From Macrostomum lignano (taxonomy: Eukaryota), in NCBI GenBank assembly GCA_002269645.1, contig NIVC01000302.1, forward strand, positions 254,303 through 318,302: a stretch of DNA of 64,000 bases, in the 5' to 3' direction. Under the pieces are notes generated by a model. That model saw nothing but the letters and a program-made list of their open reading frames with translations. It had not been told where the DNA came from and ran no database searches. The first letter of the stretch is position 1. Each line of letters opens with the position of its first letter. A program made the position numbers and the translations under genes. Shown piece by piece: positions 59,544-64,000 of this stretch.

Positions 59544-61166
59544 GCGGAGGCTTCAACCTTAATAGTGATATTGGCTGGCTGAAAGAAACAATACAGTCAG
59601 CTGGGGAATTTTAGTCAATAAGTCCTCTTGTCTTGGTTTTGTGGCTTTTTTGTCTAGATATAAGCCTGCTAAGTTGCCTATGCCTTTTTGGCATGATATT
59701 TAAACTAAGCAGAAATTGTATATATATTCTATTTGTGTAAAAAATTCTATTTGCTTTGTTAGAAAACCTACAGATTGTTTTTTGAAAATTGACATTTTGT
59801 CTACCATAATCACTGCTAATATTTAGCTGGACCAGTTTTAGAGCATGTCAAAATATGCTATAGATAAGATGACATATGTTCTTACTAGTATAAATATCAA
59901 GTATTAATCAAGTGAGATAAAACAATGATGTTTTTTATAAAAGTATTAAATTGTTTGCTTGTTGTCTGTCTTTATTTAGACTCATTTGCACTGTATTATA
60001 GTTCCAAGGCAGATACATAGCTTGTACTCGTATCTCCCTTCTAAGAATTTCTAGACTTCTATTATTTTTTAGATAATCAATTAAGCATATTTATACAATA
60101 CATATACTTGTAATGGGCTTCATTTTTATTTCTTAGAAAATTGCATTTCTAAAGTTTTGCCTATTTTGTTATATTGTACAAATATTAAAAATAGTTTGTA
60201 TATTCTGTATATTAGTGTCAGATTTTTGTTTCAAACAGTAAGGAAAATTTTTAGTACAAATAGGAGCAAGCAGAAAACCAAATTAAATAAACTCACTTTT
60301 TTATCCTATTTTCTTCTCTCAATCACTCAAGCTATTCTGATTTTCTCCAGGTATTCTATTTTGAGATAAAATTGATAATAAGCCTTAGGGCTAGCATTTA
60401 CTTCTATTTTAATTACTTTGAATAATAGACAGTAGCATTGGGCTCATTCCCTATAAGCATGGTTATAACATGACAGGCTATTTAATCATACTCTTTTATT
60501 AGAATATATAAACTCAAAAGGCAACAAAGATACAAAAGAAAAGGCAGCCTTATGGTCGTAACATTATGGTCGTAACATATTTTTTTCTGTCAATTCAGTA
60601 ACTTTGAGGTACTAATACATTAAAAATATAATAGATTATTTGGTCACCAATGCTTTTATCTGATGATGCAAGTACTATACTTTTATCTATCTAGTTTGTT
60701 TTAACCTTCAAAAGCTTTCTATTTGTTTTTAAAAGGTACAAAATCTTAATGATGTCTTTTGCTTTGAAAAATGTCCAAATTTTTACAAAAATGACTTTTT
60801 GCTAATTGTTAACTTACTGATCCAACATTTTACCATTCCTTTATTCTTAGATTGTATATATTGCACATAAAAACATTTGGTAAAAAAATAGGCTAATAAG
60901 GCAACGGCAAGCAAAAATATTGACTTTTTTCTATTTCCAAATATGTCCATCTTATATGGAATGAGCCATTGGAATAACTGCCCAAAGATTGAGAGAATAA
61001 AATATTCAGAATGAGACCTCTAAATTTAGAATCTAAGAAATTGCCTTAATGGAAGAATATCTACAATAGGTAAGATTATATAAGAATAATTAGATTAAAA
61101 ATCTAAGAACCTAATTCAAGGCAAAAAATCTACTAAATTATAAGCTATAACCCATTGGTCCTAGGG

Positions 61167-61905
61167 TAACTGGTCGTTTTGCCTATAAACCATTTTGGCC
61201 ATGGACTGTTTCGCCTCCAATTCGGACCAGGGTTGAAATGAACAAAGTCATGAGCTGAGAGTATGCGAGATAAGACGAAAGTGCCAAGAGCACTGCTGAC
61301 AACCATGCGCACAACTATACAATTTATTATAAGCGAGGTTCAATAGCAGCCACCCCTATTCCAGGGCTAAAACACCAACAATCTATATATTAATGTATAC
61401 TAAAATCATGATAGAGCAACTTAGATTTTGCTAAGTAACTTGATCAGGGTTTTACACTTTGTGCTTTGATTGAAATGACTAATTTTATACAGCATTTTTA
61501 CTTTTATACTTTATCACAGTTTTATGCTTTGTGCTTTAATTGACCAAGAAATCCTTTCTCACCCTCTGATTATACAAATTGGTTTAAATAATTGACGGAA
61601 TGACTTTAAAAAAACTCATAATTTAATTCACAATCGTAGGGCCTAATAAACAAAATCGCAATAACATAATAACACAATTGTTGTGGCAGCAATTTAGATC
61701 ATATTATATTACAAATTAAAACTATAAATTAGCATTGGAAAAAAATAAAGATACATGTATGGCTGTATCTCTAAAATACATAATCACCATTTTGGCCAAA
61801 ACGCCCATTTGCCAAACTGGTTTATGGGCAAAACGGACTATAGGCAAAATGGTCTATGGGCGAAATGTACATGGCTGAAATGGTTTAAAGGCAAAACAAC
61901 CGGAA
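61167..61905. mobile_element. Degraded DNA-transposon relic with modular inverted subterminal repeats
   Basis: GTCGTTTTGCCTATAAACCATTTTGGCCATGGAC at ~61172 versus inverted GTTGTTTTGCCTTTAAACCATTTCAGCCATGTAC near 61865-61900. Confidence 0.55.
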
Positions 61906-63268
61906 TTTGGTCTTAGTAATACCCAGACAAGAAAAATCCTTAATTAGAACAAACAATATCTAAAAAAGATAAGTATCTTATAAGACTGCTCAAACCAATA
62001 GTGTATCTAATATACTATGATATATTTCTAGTATATAATATAGTATTAGCATGACCAAGATAGCCACACACCAAGATGGCCATAGCTTTAAATTTGATAT
62101 CAATAAGAATAGGCCTAGGTTTTCTCTTTCCTCATTTCTTATTAGTAGTGATTAGTATTAGGCCTAGGTATAAATCTTCAAATCTTATGTGACAGATACT
62201 ATATTAAAGAAGTAAATTAACCAAACAAAAAACATTTTTTCTTTATCTTTATTGTAAGATATATATTTACTAAATAAAGAAAATAAGGTCTAGATTAGTA
62301 TAAAATCAATACCTTGTTACTTATGTATCCCAAGTATTCTTGTAGGCCTATACCCATGGCCCTATGGTCTATACAGTATACTATAATATTAATAGTTACT
62401 TTTGGTTAAACTTATAGATATAGATGACTCAATGTTAAACTTTTTTAAATGGTATCAATTAGTAAGGCTTGCAAAAACTAAAAAATATTGAAATATTAGG
62501 CCCTATAAATAATTTGTTTCAAATATATTATTGGATAGGCCTAGTATTTATAGTTGGTTAAAATATAGAGACTATTTGATAATGATATTACAATAGACTA
62601 GGCCCTAGTTCAGTTTATTTATATGCAAAATGAATAGGTCTAATCTTGTTTTTTTATTAAAGCTTATAAGATATATGATCATCAATATAAAATTAATATC
62701 CAGAAAAGAATATTTTCCAATCTATAATATGATATGAACACAAAAATAGGGCTTTGGCCTATTTTTGGCCCATATTTACGCTATTTTAAAACCATAGGTA
62801 TAACTATATTAGGCTAGGCCTAGTATAGACTAGGCCTAGATTAAAATAGGCCACCCTGGCCTAGAAAGCAACTTGAAAAGCAGCACCTAGCCTAAAATCC
62901 TTCAACCTTAGGTCTACATTACAATATATCTTCATTGAAAGTAACACTCTATGTTTTTGTGTGGATGGATAGGCCTAGAAAGGCGATGGCTAAAATATGA
63001 AAATTGCACTCTGAAATTTAGTAGTTAGGGCCTAGCCCTATTTTGTCAGACTAGGGCATAAAGTGTGTATTGCACAATAATGCCTTCAAGAACATTTTAT
63101 TAGTAGTAGTAAGTTGGCTCAGGCAGTTAGCCTGTTTGGCCAATATAAGTCTATATATAATAATGTTCCGAAAAGTGTGTATTGGGTTATAAATACAATT
63201 TTTGTAAATATATTGGATGTTAGGATGTAGATCGCGTCGAGTTTATGTAGGATGCCAAATCATTTTAA

Positions 63269-63653
63269 AAGGGTCTCCCTAAAACACGCCCCGCACCGCC
63301 CTGCAGCGCTACACATTAAAACAAATTGGACTGTAACTGAAGACACTTAAAAATGCGTTTTCTGTTAAGCTCTAAATTTTTTATTAAATTTAGTTTTTTT
63401 TATTATGAAATATAAAATTCGGTGAATAATAAGTGATAATAATAATAATATTATTAAAATAATAATAATGTAATTTAATAATGAAAACGAGAATATAAAA
63501 AATAATAATAATATTGATGATAATAATTAAAGATATTTATTCCGTTACTCTTACAACAAATAGTTTTCTTTGCAATCAAATACTGCATTGACAAAAAAAG
63601 TTATAATGTGTAGCGGTTCGGGGCGGTGCGGTGCGTGTTTTAGGGAGACCCTT
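63269..63653. mobile_element. MITE, 385 bp, with ~50-bp TIRs and TTAA flanks (Kolobok-like)
   Basis: TTAA|AAGGGTCTCCCTAAAACACGC...GCTACACATTA and its inverted copy ending GGAGACCCTT|TTAA; AT-rich interior. Confidence 0.75.
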
Positions 63654-64000
63654 TTAAAACAATGATGAACTTAACGAGTTTTTTTAACAAAATATGAATC
63701 CACTGGCCCAATGCCTCGATGAAACATGGTCAAATATAAAATATTTAGCTCCATGTAACTGAATAATATTTGCTTTTATATAAAAAAGAACAACCAAGTT
63801 ACGGTGTATTAACGTTGTCATCTAAGTTACGGTGCATCCAAGTTACGGTGCATCCAAGTTACGATACCGCATTAGTAGCCGTCAGATTCATGAGCACGTC
63901 TAGAAAAATAAATTTGCTTCATATAAGCTACGTGACCTTCTCTCTCATTTGACGCCTCCTTCCTCTGTCCCTAAAGTTGCAATTGTTTTAAGCGAGTTTG

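Noticed and set aside
59600-64000. Genes in the terminal 4.4 kb
   Set aside because: AT-rich with only two short featureless ORFs; probably promoter/outron and intergenic DNA with MITEs.

Overview
Eukaryotic (animal) genomic DNA with GC-rich exons and repeat-filled introns. The style suggests a free-living flatworm such as Macrostomum; this is an inference. Bases 1 to ~34,800 form one giant inverted duplication, with arms of at least 16.8 kb and an axis near 17,072 inside a 361-N gap. Each arm carries a VIT/vWA-domain gene (VWA5A-like) and NDUFB8. An imperfect ~430-nt fold-back made of two diverged, apparently coding-derived fragments sits at the centre. On the minus strand, four co-oriented genes follow one another: ATAD5/Elg1-like, CTNNBL1, MSH2 and VWA5A-like. 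I reconstructed their exons by hand and all splice phases are consistent; the only break in frame is a 1-nt deletion in ATAD5. Each of the four begins just downstream of a 3' splice acceptor. In CTNNBL1 the acceptor directly precedes codon 2, with no ATG, as expected if a spliced leader ending in AUG supplies the start codon in a trans-spliced operon. Fourteen of 16 introns and all three spacers contain tandem or simple repeats, several built from splice signals (CAG|GTAGGT, a duplicated acceptor plus exon start, CTGAC). Also present are tRNA-derived SINEs (one with a 14-bp TSD) and several MITEs. Most ORFs in the supplied track are repeat-derived or antisense artefacts. Coordinates and identities were read by eye, not computed.
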